Shown: positions 13,606-28,939, counted from the stretch's first letter. The stretch is 64,000 nucleotides of DNA from Octopus vulgaris (GCA_951406725.2 OX597826.1:14694001-14758000); one strand, 5' to 3'. Program-made: numbers and translations. Notes: generated from the letters alone by a model not told the origin.

Positions 13606-14176
13606 GGTCGTAAACTGTGAGGAGGGCTTACATTATCTGAATCGGCTCCATTAAGTGTCTGGTGCACATTCCATTGCTCTGTTCTCACATTCATCCCTGT
13701 CCTAAAGTAATATTTTTGATAGTATCCGTGACTTCAACAGTAGCTCATGTGAGAGTTTTAATCTGGGGATACAATGTTCTAAGACAATCAGTGGGCCAAT
13801 AAGAGTGTCCATTTAGGGTTAATGATTTGCTAATAAGAGTAAAAATGTTTTTTCTTTGAGTCACACTCTACCATCTTTAACATGAAAAATATTGTTAGCT
13901 AATATATAAACCTTGTTAAATTTAGAAGTTGGATGGCCAAAGGCGGAATGCTTGATGTTAGGTCTTAGGAATCACAATAGATACCGTATTAAACAATAAC
14001 GACAACGCTTGTTAATAACATAGTAATGTGAAAATCATATGCGGGGCTGTTCTTATATCTGGGTCACTGATAATCTAATTCTTTATTCAGAACGCAATAC
14101 CGATGCCGAAGTACAAAACTTTTGACTACCTTTCGCACCTGCTGATAATTCAGCATGATATGAGGCACAATGTGTG

Positions 14177-14219
<43 letters not shown>

Positions 14220-14771
14220 GTGTGTGTGCGTGTGTGTGTGTGTGTGTATGTGTGTATACAATCATACATGCATATATATTAATATACATATATACATTAT
14301 AAATTAATAAACATACATGTGTTAGTGTATATATACATGTGCATGCATGCATGTATGTGTGTATGTATGTATACACACATATGTATCTTCTCATTCTTTT
14401 CTTTGCTTGGTCCTTTTTTACTAGCAGGAAAGTTTATCCTATTAAGTCCATACCTCTCTCAGTTCCACAAAACCACACACTGTTCGTGACTAAAGATTTC
14501 TCTAAGTATTTAAACCCTCATCACTCGAGACAAAATGCTCCTATTTTTTCTGTTACTTAAGATATAATATTAATCTTGTTACCATTTCGAATTAAAGAAA
14601 ATGCATTGATTTAATTTTACAGCTGTAATATTTTTTTTAATTATTATTTTACTTTGCCTGTGTTAATTTCCTTAGTAGAAGCATACATTTCCCTATAGAT
14701 TTCTCTGGTCACAAACTGTAAGGCCTGATGTCCATACGTGAATAATTTTATTTATATGAATTATATCTGAA

Positions 14772-14975
14772 GGCGGCGAGGTGTCTCAGTCGTTAGCACG
14801 TCGGGCAAAATGCTTTCGTGCGTCTTTACGTTCTGTGTTCACATTCCGCCAAGCTAACTTTGCTTTTCATTCTTTTAGGTATAGATAAAATAACTAACAC
14901 TTGCGTACTGATGGCTGATTACATCGACCTACCTTCTCTCCTCGAACTTTCTGGCATTGTTCTAGAATTTGAGAC
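14772..14975 (+). mobile_element. SINE family B, diverged copy
   Basis: ggcggcgag...cgttagcacgtcgggcaaaatgc...ttccgccaag...tttgcttttcattc aligns to the copy at 13375. Confidence 0.8.
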
Positions 14976-15478
14976 CTATTATTAATTATATTTTACTTTC
15001 AGTATAAATATTCTTATTCTTTATTCAGCATATGTCTATCAGAAACAGACTTACATATGGAATTGTTTTCTCTGGGATGCAAAATGATAGACTACTTCTG
15101 TAAACCAATGAAAATCACTTCCGTAAAAAAGTAAACCACAGATCTATTTTCAGTTGTTTTAGCATCATTCACTAAATTGCTGTCTTTGTTTTCTTCTGCT
15201 ACCAAGATTCTCAAGCCATAGTAAATGTTTGAACTATTAACAGCTCCACTGATGAGCTGACACCTTACAGCTTCATTAGTGACTCCTGTTTTATCTTTAT
15301 TCTATTACATTGTTGACACACAGATGGCTTCTTTACGGAGTATTTTTATATTGAATATGTTGTTTTATTAATTTGTTTCTCTTTGTTTTAGTGAGGATAT
15401 GAAGTGTGGCCAAATTAAGCTGAGGTAATATTTGCCGATCATTTTTACTTTGGTTGCTTACAGGACAGTATATATTCT

Positions 15479-15887
15479 TATTTATTTATTGCCCACAAGG
15501 TGCTAAACACAAAGGAGACAAACAAGGACAGACGGATTAAGTCGATTATATCGACCCCAGTGCGTAACTGGTACTTATTTAATTGACCCCGAAAGGATGA
15601 AAGGCAAAGTCGACCTCGGTGGAATTTGAACTCAGAACGTAGCGGCAGACGAAATACCTATTTCTTTATTGCCCACAAGGGGCTAAACACAAAGGAGACA
15701 AACAAGGACAGATAGACGAATTAAGTTGATTATATCGACCCCAGTGCGTAACTGGTACTTAATTTATCGACCCCGAAAGGATGAAAGGCAAAGTCAACCT
15801 CGGCGGAATTTGAACTCCGAACGTAACGGTAGACGAAATACGGCTGAGCATTTCGCCCGGCGTGCTAACGATTCTGCCAGCTCGCCG
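15479..15887 (-). mobile_element. SINE family B with tandemly duplicated 3' body
   Basis: Full copy at 15658-15887 plus a partial copy at 15479-15659; TSD tatatattct on both sides. Confidence 0.92.
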
Positions 15888-16627
15888 TATATATTCTATT
15901 GACAATTAGGTGGAATAATTTTGGGTGTAAAATGTATCTTTATGCGAATGAAATCGACGTATACCGAGCCAAGAAATTTATACCATGACAAGAAATCTAA
16001 ATTAATCTAAAATGCTGCATTGATAATGAGAGTACTCTATATCAAAATGAGTAACTCTTGTCAAAAAGATGAGGATAAAACTCCGAAATTTTATTAATAT
16101 AATTGCAGTAGTAGTTGAGTCTAAACTGTAACAGCAACATAATAATTTCGGTTATTATATGGTACACCTGTGTATTCTATATACTTCGCAAAGAGTCTAC
16201 TGAGAAAGTTATATGGGTTTTCGTAACCCCTAGTCAGTTAATGGACTCTCAACTCTAAATAAATTTCTTATAGCACACACACAGATGATATGTTGAAACA
16301 ACCGTACATTACTGAGTTGAATATAGTAAATATTTCTTGTAGACCAACGGTGAGATAAAATCCAATGCTGACTAGAAGGACTTGAACTCAGTCATTAATT
16401 AATGTCATTAATTACTACTTAGTGCTTTACCATCTGTGCCACCCTTACAGACCTGGTAATTGTTTCGCAATAAATTTTATTAATAGCAATGATAATTGTT
16501 TCAGATTTTGGCACAAGGCAAGTAATTTTAGGGAGTTGGATTTAGTGACATAATTATATAATTTGTGAACAATTTTGGATGTTCCCGATATATCTAAGGA
16601 ATGCACTTAAAGTTTCATATTATATAT

Positions 16628-17048
16628 GGAATCTTTTCGGTTTGAACGGCAGTTTTTCCTAACAGTGTCATATGAAATTGTCACCCATAATTATGACCCT
16701 AGTATCGATCTATTGCATTTCAATCTCTTTTAGGGTTAGGGTTAGGGTTAGGGGGGGTAAGGGTATCCTTTTTTCTTCAGAAATGTAAATAAACCCAATC
16801 TGTTTCTTAAACGAGGAACATATTCATAAGGCACAGAATGCTTTTTAACTCAATAGACGTCACTGATTGGTTGAAATTGCAGAAATTGAAGAAAAAAACC
16901 CACAAATATCTTACAACCTATAGAATTTTCTCAATAAAGCCAAGAGAAAAAGATGTTTTATAAACACATTCTACCAGTATACGAAGTTTAAAATTTTTTA
17001 GTTACCTAGAAATTATGTTATAAACTGCCGTTCAAACCGAAAAGATCC
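16628..17048. mobile_element. MITE with ~26-bp TIRs and internal (TTAGGG)4
   Basis: ggaatcttttcggtttgaacggcagttt ... aaactgccgttcaaaccgaaaagatcc, flanked by (TA)n; telomeric repeats at 16730-16753. Confidence 0.88.
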
Positions 17049-17601
17049 TATATATGAGAGAATTGATAAAGTTCGTTGATTTGTAATTCGTTGTCTTTAT
17101 TCAAGATCTTGCGAGATCAATTCTATAAGTGTTTCCCCAGCGCAGCGTAGCAAGCGAGCTTGATAGTCTAAGTGGTGTCTAGACAATTGTGATTTATAAG
17201 TCTTTGTAAAGATATAATTTATCATTCATGGTGTTATATGAACTTTTTAACTGATTAAGTCTAACGATCTAATGCCTGATACACTTTAACACGTATGACA
17301 GTCTTTAATTAAACTCTACATGGCTCTTAATACTCCAAGTTTACTGTCTCGTTCAGTCTCATATTCATTGATTTGCAATTGATGGGAATGCGTATTTTGT
17401 TTCAATTTGCGAAAACCCTCGCTAATAGGCAACGACATTTCAACACTAGAGTAATATAACAATATAGAATACATGAGTAATAGTAGTTAGTTGTAATAAT
17501 TGTTATTGCTGTTCTAGCAAATATATTCTTTCAATAGTTCATAATTTTATTTTGTCACTACGCTGTAGATTATATCACACACAATCTGTGAATGTGTGCT
17601 T

Positions 17602-17722
17602 GTATGTATGTATGTATGTATGTATGTATGTATGTATGTATGTATGTATGTATCTATCTATCTATCTATCTATCTATCTACCTGTCTATCTATCTATCTA
17701 TCTATCTAACTATCTATCTATA
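17602..17722. repeat. (TATG)n/(TATC)n microsatellite
   Basis: Direct reading. Confidence 0.95.
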
Positions 17723-19719
17723 TCATATTTCATCCCTGCCCTCATATCAAACTGAACCAGTTAGGGGTGAATGTCTTGATTCATTGATCATTGACCAAGT
17801 TAGTTTGTTTATCACATAATATGGAATATATAAGAAGTCTCTCTTCAACTTATATATTTATTTTTTTCTTTCGTGTGTATCTTATTTTACATCACATTCG
17901 TTGATAGGTGTTTCCTGTTTATTAATACCATTACATTCTTCAAAAATATTACAAATATATATAAAAAATCGCATTTATTATATAAACAACCCTGCAGTGC
18001 TGAACAATTAACGACCACGAGGCAATCTTTTTATTGCTGTTTTCGAGTCATATAACATTGTATTAATATGGAAGAGAGCGAGGTTTACTGAATGTAAGTG
18101 TAACATGATAAGCATCTGCATGAGTCAGCGTTGGTTAAAGGCAAATATAGCAAGACTTAATTAATGTATATATTCTACTTTGTAAGCAACACTTAAAATA
18201 ACGAAAGACAGCCTATAGAAATAAACCATAGAGATGCACATTTGCTTTCCTTAAACATCGTCAAGGAAGCAATAAATGCACATTCAAAATCAAAGAAGGT
18301 TTATAGAATTATAAATCATTGGTTAGGAAGACACACATTACTCAGCAATTTTAGGACGAGTAATATCGTCTTTTAGGGAGATGAGTTCATAAGGAGAAAA
18401 TAGGGTAAACATTCACAATGGCATTTGATGCAATGAATTTAAGATGAAGTTCGACTTACACATGATTCTAAATTTAATAATTAGACACGTTTCCTTAGTT
18501 GCTCTGATAATTATAGTACTATGAATAATTTCATTTGTATTTTATATTCTTAAATGTTGGCCATCTTGTGAAACACAATGTCCTTCATTTTGAACATTTA
18601 AAGATTTTATTGGCGCCGTAGCGTTTATGTCGATTTAGTATGCATTCTCCAAATTATGCTCTTTTAAAATCATAGTGTACTACAAACTGGTTATGAGCAA
18701 TATTGCTATTCTGTCGAATATCGCATTATGCTTCCAGCCTCCACATATTTCTCTATTATATCATATAACTATCAGGCTAGTTGGTAAATTAACGTCCATT
18801 TTTTGTGTTGCTGTCTCACCTATTTTTGTTTATGGCTCGTAATAAAATCGAAATAGATTGTTTATTAACTTCCAAAATGCCTGTTATCATTTTTTGTTTT
18901 GTTTCATTATTTACAAAGTATCTCTAATAATATTCTGATTATCATGGTATCTATTGGAGGAAATCGAATAATATTTCGATTATCATGGTATGTTTTGGGG
19001 GAAATCGAATGTTTTGGTTTTCCTGTTATCTATGGGAAAATATCAAAGCTGTAATTAAAATTAATGCCATAAAAAAACAAATTCGTCTAATAAGCTTTCA
19101 AAAACTTTATAAAAGCTACAAAATCGAATACATTATCCAAATTTCTAATGAAACAATGTTATGAGAATTTCTAAGCATGAAAAGAGAGATTAGAACATTT
19201 ATAAAAGGTGAAATCTTTACAGGATCCCTAGTTAATATAAATTGTATACTAGTTTTAGGAATGTAGCTTACATTCCTTTTAAAAGTAAAAGGTGAAATCA
19301 TAAATACAGAGGTGCGTGTGCGAAAATAAAACCTAGCGGCCTTATCTAGATACATATGGCTCTTGTACCTTCGTACCACTTCAATTTTGTGACTTCGTTT
19401 GAGTTTAACTGTATGTCTCATACTTTACATTCGATGTTAGTACTTCACAATAAAATTACTGACGGGAGATTTTAATGCAGGGAAATCAAAATCAAACGTT
19501 CTAATTATTCTTTTCTATTTATCGGAAATAGTGATTTATTCATCAAACCCTGATAATCGATTAAATGCAAAGTTGGTCTCGATGGATTTTAAGTACAGAG
19601 CGCAGAAAGAGACAGGACAAAAAAGTGGACTTTTCTATCCTACACTCTGGAGACACTACCGAAAAAACACATGTGTTTTTCGTTTTCCTTTGTATGAGTG
19701 TGCATGCATGGAAGTACTT

Positions 19720-20150
<431 letters not shown>

Positions 20151-20595
20151 TGACTTTCAGGAAACAGAAACAACAATTCTATGGATTTTCAATGTTTAAG
20201 CCTTCAATGGAGAGTGTATAAAATTATTAAAAGTCAGATTGTTCAGTTTTCACTGTGATGTGAATGACAGTCATTTTTGTATGGAAAGTAGGTTTCTAGA
20301 TAAAATGAGAACAGCTTTTAAACGAGAACAGAAATTGCTGAAGCAATTCCCTTGTAATTTCTATGGACTTTACTTACAATATTTATATTGATTTGATCTT
20401 CTAATTAGTACCCTTCACATTGTAATAACAATGATTTCATTTATTATTACTCTCGGTCAGCATTTTGGATGGCAGCCATTTATCGAGATACTATTCTGTA
20501 TAGAAAGTATATATATTGTTTATGTAAATGTATGCACTTTTGCTGCTTATTTTCATATGCATGTGCTTGTTATTTTATACGTGTTTATATTTATA

Positions 20596-20777
20596 TATGT
20601 GTTCAAATTTTTATCGTATATATTTTGACATTCGTCGAAAAATTATCTCAGCCACATACGAAGAAAATACATACATAAGTATTTATGTGTTCAAATTTTT
20701 ATCGTATATATTTTGACATTCGTCGAAAAATTATCTCAGCCACATACGAAGAAAATAGATACATATGTATTTATGTG
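20596..20777. repeat. 88-bp tandem duplication (2 copies)
   Basis: tatgtgttcaaatttttatcg...gaagaaaata starts at both 20596 and 20684; near identical. Confidence 0.93.
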
Positions 20778-22207
20778 CCAGAATGTGTGTGTATGTGTTT
20801 GTGCGTGTATGTATATGAATCTATTTGCACACATGCGCGTGACTTATACGCCTTACTTTCTATATGTGCGTATGTAAGAGTGTGTATATATATAAATAAA
20901 AACGAATTAAATTAATTAATTCTCTCAAAAGCTCAATCGCTCCAAGACCTGTGTTAAGGTTTGATAACTCGATTGCAGTTCTGGTTGCAAATGTTATTCT
21001 TGATTAATTTTACTAATGATCCTCAAAATATTTTGTCTTCCCTCACTCCTATCAAAATATATTAGCTACGTACCTAGCTACTAGAAACCAATATCAGTTC
21101 ATTTCCTTCGAAGTTGTAACCAATCTTGTATACCAACTAATATAATACATTTCAAAAATATGAAGAAAAACAATATGAATATTGTTATATCATATCTGTT
21201 ACAAATTAGATGGTTGCTGCCAATGTGAAAATAAATAGATAAAACAATAATTAATATTACAGGCTCAATAACTAATGATCGATATTTCATTGCAATAAGC
21301 CAAATATCTCTTAATGAAATTAATCACTCTAAATGCATATAATCTCACGCGTGCATGTTTGTGTGGTGAACAAGCAGCCAAGAGAAGTAATTAAACTATC
21401 AGTTTAGAAATTTTGAAAGGTTATATGTACCAAAGCCTTAGGGGAAAGTTATCGGTAATATATTAGCATTCTTGCCAGTTGAGATTTATCTCACATGAGT
21501 CCATTTATGAAAGCTGATTTAGCAACGACCTTGCAGATCTGTGGTTTCGTAAAAAAAAAATTAACCATAAAATATCAGTTGCATAGCATTTGTGTTGGAA
21601 TAGATTAACTGAAAAATGAGACACTAACTAATTTATTCCAATTTAAAATTTTGTTCAGTAAATCATATATATCGAGGAAGAAGTCTTGAGAAAAATATTC
21701 TTAGATCGAAGAAATTCACGAACAGAGAAAGTGAGAAAACAGGAGCCATATCAGAATATGTTGTGTATTTTCGTTATAAAAATTTATCAGATTGGAATTC
21801 AGCCAGATTCAAACATAGCTAGACAGATATTGCAGTGTATTCAATCATTTTGAAATTTGGCCAAGGAATTATCGCAAGCATTCATCAGTGTGTACAACCA
21901 TAAAGCAACTCGGATGAATCCCTCAACGTCCATTTTATCAAGTATTATACAAGGCCAAAAAGACTGCTATTAAAAATGGCGCATTTACTACGTAAAAATA
22001 TCTAATTAAATATACTAGGATAGATACAGCAGTTCGGGCGGTGGTTTGGGAGTTTCGCCAACTATTTCGTGCAGTTCGAGTCACCATGTTTAAGTGCCCC
22101 TTGTCGGATAGCGAAACTAGTTGAAATAATTTGACTTCACCACACATGAGGTAAATATAGTTAGTGATACAGCAAACTTGATGCCTGCCAGGAAACAATT
22201 CTCTTTA

Positions 22208-22238
<31 letters not shown>

Positions 22239-23073
22239 TTCTGTGTCTGTATCTGTCTGTCTCTGTCTCTCTGTCCCTGTATCTCTCTGTCTCTCTCTCC
22301 CCCCATACATTCACATTCCTTTAGAGAGCTGGTTACTCTAAAAAGTGTAAAAAGTGGTGTGGGATATGAATCATTTCTGTTTCCTAACTTCAGAGATGTA
22401 TGGTTGATTTAAGAAACGATTGAAAGTGTGATTTTCATAGCGAAAGTGTTACTGGACACAAGAAAAAGGATTGGTCGTATTCTAGTTACATTCATGATGA
22501 CATGACATAACTCATACATATAGCACGGAAAAAGATTTTTGCCCAGTCTTTGTTTCATTGGGCTAAGGCCTGCACGAAGAGGTCAACTTGACTGTGGTAA
22601 TACTCATTTAATACTAATATTTTATTTGATTGAGGTTTTTTAAACTCATAACTATAAAGTACTATAGAAAAGAATAGATAAATTCCAGTTCTATATCTGG
22701 CTCTTTCAGTCGTCTGCTCAGCCACATTATCATAAACGAACGACAATATTGTGAAAACTATCAGCGATTGTTTAATTATTGAAATATTAACAGGTTAAAT
22801 AGTTATAGTAACCAGTTATGTTTACTAACTACCGAATACTACAAAGTTCAGAAAGTGTCGATTGAAATGGGAAAAGAAGAAAAAAAGACAACACAGGAAA
22901 ATTTTGGTTCTTGCTTACAATATTGACATAGTTTTCAAAGCAAAGGATACAATAGTAAATCTGTGATGATGGAATATATTTATTTATTTTTGAGTAAATA
23001 TCTTTTATAAAACAGAATCGATAGATATCTCTGGTAAGATTTGAAATAAGAGAAGTGAATTCTAGGATTACAA

Positions 23074-23434
23074 GTGTATATATAAAATAGTAAAGAGTGA
23101 AAAAACGACAGAAGGCTTAAATGTTAAAAAATATATATATTTGCGTCAATATGTCTGAAGAATATTAGAAAATTTTTTAAACAAATTTTTTTTTTTCCTC
23201 TTTATAATGACATAATTTTTAAAGAAAGACCGGTTTCGCATTTAGCTTTTCAAATTTCTTGCGAAACCGGTCTTTCTTTAAAAATTATGTCATTATAAAA
23301 GGAAAAAAAAACAAAAAAAATTTGTTTAAAAAATTTTCTAATATTCTTCAGACATATTGACGCAAATATATATATTTTTTAACATTTAAGCCTTCTGTCG
23401 TTTTTTCACTCTTTACTAATTTTTATATATTCAC
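23074..23434. repeat. Long near-perfect palindrome (~165-bp arms, 19-nt spacer), probably inverted PLE ends
   Basis: Arms 23074-23240 and 23260-23434 are reverse complements; the inner ends carry a hammerhead 3' half gc-GAAA-ccgg-TC. Confidence 0.9.
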
Positions 23435-23465
23435 CCACGTGCTTTCACAAACCAACTTTCTTATC

Positions 23466-23502
<37 letters not shown>

Positions 23503-24085
23503 ATATATATATACAGGTCGGCTCTATACTATCACGTTTGTGAAATCAATTAGCAGAGAATCTAAACATGTGAAAAGATTCAAACTTTAATGGAAGAAGT
23601 ACTTCAAATTCACTCAGTTTCGTTGTTTTTATGTAATAGCGTATCGTTAGTGACGAGACTTATAATAGGAGAAATCTCTGGCAGAAGGAAACTTTAACTG
23701 TATCATGCCAACACAAATCACTAAGAAAATGCAACGTCCACTTTAAGCTGATTTGCATCCATTATATCCGACAGTCTACATTACAGACATGTCTTTGGAT
23801 ATTGACAAAGAAATGGAAAGAGATTATAATGAGTGGCAACAGATTCCGTGTGAATTAAATTTACCCCAGGTTTTACCTGTGGTTCTATAAAATCAATGAT
23901 ACATATATTTTGTTTATATACTACAAAATATTCCGGCAATGTTCGATTTTAACGCTTTTACCATTTGTTTGAAATATATCATTTTCTTTCCACAATTGAT
24001 TGTTCAGCAGAAATTACAAATATATCCACAGTAAACTAAATAACTGATTTACCCAGTTTTTTTCGTACTGTATGTACATACATAC

Positions 24086-24121
<36 letters not shown>

Positions 24122-25160
24122 GGGGGGGAGAGAGAGAGAGAGAGAGGGGGGAGAGAGAGAGAGAGAGAGAGACTGTATATATAATGTTTATTTCACTCTG
24201 TTCCAAATTTAAATGCTTACCACTAGTTGTAAATAGGTTCAGTAGTGACGAACAATTTTATTGCTGTAAGCAAAAGAGGCATTTGACGTGTGGAAGCATT
24301 TGTTTCCACTCCACACACATATTCAAATGTGTCAAATCACTATAAGAAGCTCGTTAATTCTATAATATAAAATTAATTATTTTTTCGTTAACTTCCTGTA
24401 GTAGTTTCAAAGTTTTGGAATATGTTAGTTTTTTGCAAACAAACTCGTCCCGGCATCACTCTACAGATATTTGTATTTAATATCACCACATCAGTTTTCT
24501 CAGTCTGAAAAGACCTGAGAAATGTCATAGCTACTGCCTCTCGTCTGAAAATTATCTTTAAAATCACATACATACAGGTATATTTCTTTAGAAACTAAAC
24601 GGCTGGTCCTCATTTTCCATTGTTTCTAACTGCATACACATATATTATTAGATGCAGACATGACTAAGTGATTAAGAAGCCTACAATTTTTCAATCATAC
24701 CTCTTAGTGTTCTGAGTATCGACTTCCGATATTGTTCAGCAAAACCTGCGTAGAAGCGCATGAAACTCTAACTGTAATTCAAAAGTTCAGCCTTACATAA
24801 AACTTTCAGAATGACACAAAGAGTGCACGTGACTGTGGGATACTTAACCAGTCAATGTATAAGTCATTCAGTTTTTTGAACAACAAGACGCTTATGTATC
24901 GTATGAATTCCTGCCTTTATACTTGCAAGGTCTCGTATTTTAGCAGGATATCTAGCTGGCAATTTTATTATAATAATGCGAAATAACTTTTAAAATAGAG
25001 AAACGTATAATAATAAAATATCAAACATCTGTAGATACGGATATTTACGACGCTGACAATATCCACATTCTAACATCGTTTGAAAAAAAGAATGTATAAC
25101 AAAAAAATATGAACCAAATTTGCATAGAAATGCGATTAAATTTGCTATAATGTAAATTAT

Positions 25161-25450
25161 CATCATCATCATCATCACGTGACCGACCAGTCCATCAGAT
25201 GTAGTTACACATCGCTGGTCACAATGCGTTCGCATTGTTTTAGCCTTCGAATGACGCTAAGCGAGCAGACCAACAGAAGAAAGAGTGGGAGAAAGTGTGG
25301 TGAAAGAGTACAGCAGGGATCACCGGAGCCTCGTGGAACTTTTAGGTGTTTTCGCTCAATAAACACTCACAACGCCCGGTCTGGGAATCTAAACCGCGAT
25401 CCTACGACCGCGAGTCCGCTGCCCTAACCACTAGGCCATTATGCCTCCAC
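25161..25450 (-). mobile_element. tRNA-derived SINE related to family C, with (GAT)n tail
   Basis: Minus head gtggaggcataatggcctagtggttagggc...ggtttagattccc; 15-bp TSD tataatgtaaattat / tgtaatgtaaattat. Confidence 0.9.
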
Positions 25451-25940
25451 TGTAATGTAAATTATAATATCGCATTATAAACTTTGAAAACTTGCTGTAA
25501 ATTTTATAACAATATTTTTAGCGGTGAACAATTCTATTTTACTATGTCAGCCAGTTTTCATTAACTTTCTTATTGGCTGATCACTACTTCGATCGATCAA
25601 GAACTATCAAATTTCTCTTTTGGCACAAAGGTTTCAATAAGACCAAAATAGCAGGACTTGCCTTCTGTATTTGTCAAATGTAAAATAATATTGATCAGTC
25701 ACTAATATTATGGAATTTTTACTCATGACATAATTATGACATATATATATATATTTTAATAGATGAAACCGCCGGTCTGTGAGTAATTCTGGTTTTTTAT
25801 ATAATTTTCATCTGTCTTGCCCGAATATGGTTCTGATGTCCGCTGAATTTTCCTCTAGAGAACATTCTTTTCTTTGTAGTTTGATCTTAGGGGATCTACT
25901 TCTAGCATACGGCTGACCACCAAGTGGTTCTGCCCTTTAA

Positions 25941-25983
<43 letters not shown>

Positions 25984-28865
25984 CACACATACACACACAC
26001 ACACAGAGATATATATAAAATTATATAGAATAAAATTAGTATCCCTAATTATGCGAACAAACACACGCACACACTCGCACTCATATACATACATAAATAT
26101 ACATATATATGTATGTATGTGTGTGTGTGGATGTGGGTGTGGGTATGTGCGTGTACGTGTTTGATCTTTGATATATACAAGAGGTCACGCATTTAGGGTG
26201 TCTTTATTTTATAAATTGCTTCCAAAATCATTTTCTCTTTTTTTTACTTCTTTATTTATTCATTATAGACATTCTTTGTGCGATACAAACCAAGCTGTAT
26301 GTTTTTGTACTATTACACAGATACACTTACGTTTCCATGAAACTCATAATTACAAAAAACCCTGTTGAATATTTCTATTTAATTTCTTTTTAGTATAACC
26401 TATATTTATTATTCAGTCTAAATATAAAATATTGATATATCTTTCAAATATTGATTTAGGCTTAAACAAGCCTATGTAGCTTAACAATTTTATTAAACCC
26501 ATTAATCTAAATTGACATCATAGGAAATGATTTAATTATTTTTCACTCGTACGCACGCACCGTAATATATACATTCCTTTCTGTTCCCTTCTGTTTTATA
26601 ATTTTGCTTGCATTTATTTATTAAAAATTCCACTCAACGTATCTTTCAATACTCAACAGAGAGGCTGTGACCAACGAAGCTTACAATTACTTTTGATAGC
26701 TTATGCGATGTAATGAATATACTTGTACGTATACTTCCTCGTATACATAAGCATCGATATGTATGCATTGGAAATAAATTGCGAATGTAGATATAGTCTA
26801 CTATTAAGCAATACGTTCATAAACGGGACCCTCAATATTTTTCGAGCTAGTTTGTCGATTATACGAATGGCAGTAAGGCATTCACATCAACGACTCTATG
26901 AAATTATCTTTCAAATATTCATTGCTAAGAAAACATAAAAGGGATGCATTTAACACGAACGATTAACTGTAAATACGCCTATAATATAGATAAATTAATC
27001 AAAAATTTTTCTTCTGAGATTTCATTAAAGAAAATGATACCCCATGATTATAAGAATTACGAAGAAAAATTATCATTTTAAATTTTCTTGGTATTTGTTT
27101 ATAGCAATCGTGGATCATTTAGTTTTTGCTGTTTATTTTGATATTTTTTTTTACAAGGTTCGACTTTAGTAGATCCTGAAATAACTTTATATCATTAAAC
27201 AGTTTTTCCAGCAAGTATTACTAATTATTATTTGGGAATCCATTTGAACAATTGTTGAACGATAGCTGGAAGATTATCAACTACTACAAAGGTGATCTGA
27301 ACCCGAGAGAATGTCTTGAACCACTACGTATTCAAATATCCATGTGTGCCATATCTACGCATCGGTGTGGAATTACAACATATCAATGTAAAATGAAATC
27401 ATAACGATGTATATGTGCATGTGCTCGCACATTCTTGCGTGTGTGTGTGTGTATGTTTGTGTGTGTGCATGTATGGGTATTAGATGAAATTTGCACTTTT
27501 GCATCGTTAACTATAAAATTCAAACTCAAATGAAAACACTAGATTAAAGGAAATTGCTATTTCATGTACAGCAAATCACGTCATAAAAGAGAAAATGCAG
27601 CATTAAACTCAGACGACGACACTCTTTTGACAACCAGAAAGCAACTGAACATTATTTGTTACTGTAATAGCTTACTGTGCTTAGTTCCCTTCCATTGATA
27701 GTGATGTAATAACGAATTCCTTTATCGAATGCTGCAGTACAAATGGCGGCTGTCCAGATATCTTTTATGTTGATATACGATTTAATGAATATATATAAGG
27801 AGCGGACACCACTATCTGAGTGAAACGCGATACATTTCATACACTTTATAGAATAAAATACTTAAAAACTAACGCATTTTCAGCATTTCCAACCCGATAG
27901 CTGTGCATGATGTATAATCGAGATCTAAAGTCTGTTTCTGTGTAAGTTTCTTTTTTCCATGTGGTTTTATAGAATATGTTGCATTGTAACGATATTATAT
28001 TGCTGTGTCACTGATAAAGAAAGCAATCAAACTATTTATTTCTTTTGTAGTGAAAAAAAGCAATTTTATATTGAACCTTTACCTCCGAATATTGAATCAG
28101 CCATTTACTTGTGATTCATTCTGACATTGCATTTGTCTGATGTGGAATTATAAGTCTAAATCCTCGCATGTGTAACACAGAAAAGCTTCTGCATGAACTT
28201 TTATTAGTGTTGCCTAATAATCTCATTGCATGGTCGTTCTATCCCATAAGATCTATTTACGTTAATCTGAAATTACATTAAGTCAAGCTTTTCTTTCTGC
28301 ACATCAACATTCATGTATCGCTCCAAGTTATATGCTTTGCATCCTCAGACTTCTTTAGAAGTGGAAGAAATTATAAAGGCTTCAGTAACTCAGTGTGCAT
28401 GAAAATAATTTTCTTGATATATATTCCAAAGATTACCTTACACTACGATCTGAAGTTTGAATACAGGTTTTTCTTGCATTTCATGAAGCGAAATTTGCTT
28501 TGAGAAACGTCTACAATCTTGATGTTCCATAAACCATATTTAAATAGTCCTGTAATATTGTGAAGTTACTCTAGAAAAGGTTCATCAGTTATTGTTCTTG
28601 ATAAAGTGCAACGGGTATGTTGCGTTTTTATTGGTTGTATGATGATCTTGCTTAAACTTGTGTCCGGTATACTTTTATGAGAAAATGTAATCTCTAATTT
28701 ATTCAGTTATGAAAACTGAGAACCATTCTATCAATAGAAAATATATATTTTCCTCTAACCGAAGGATCTATAGTAAATATAATTATAATTATATGTGTAT
28801 GTGTGTATGTGTGTATACATATATATGTATGTATATATGTATATCTACTATATATACCTATATAA

Positions 28866-28939
<74 letters not shown>

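Noticed and set aside
15247-15281. CTGATGA hammerhead candidate
   Set aside because: No GAAA or stem III; it is a simple hairpin.
16730-16753. True telomere or chromosome-fusion scar
   Set aside because: Only four units, located inside a TIR-bounded element.
21850-21980. piggyBac-like DESL motif
   Set aside because: Only a few residues match and they span frameshifts.
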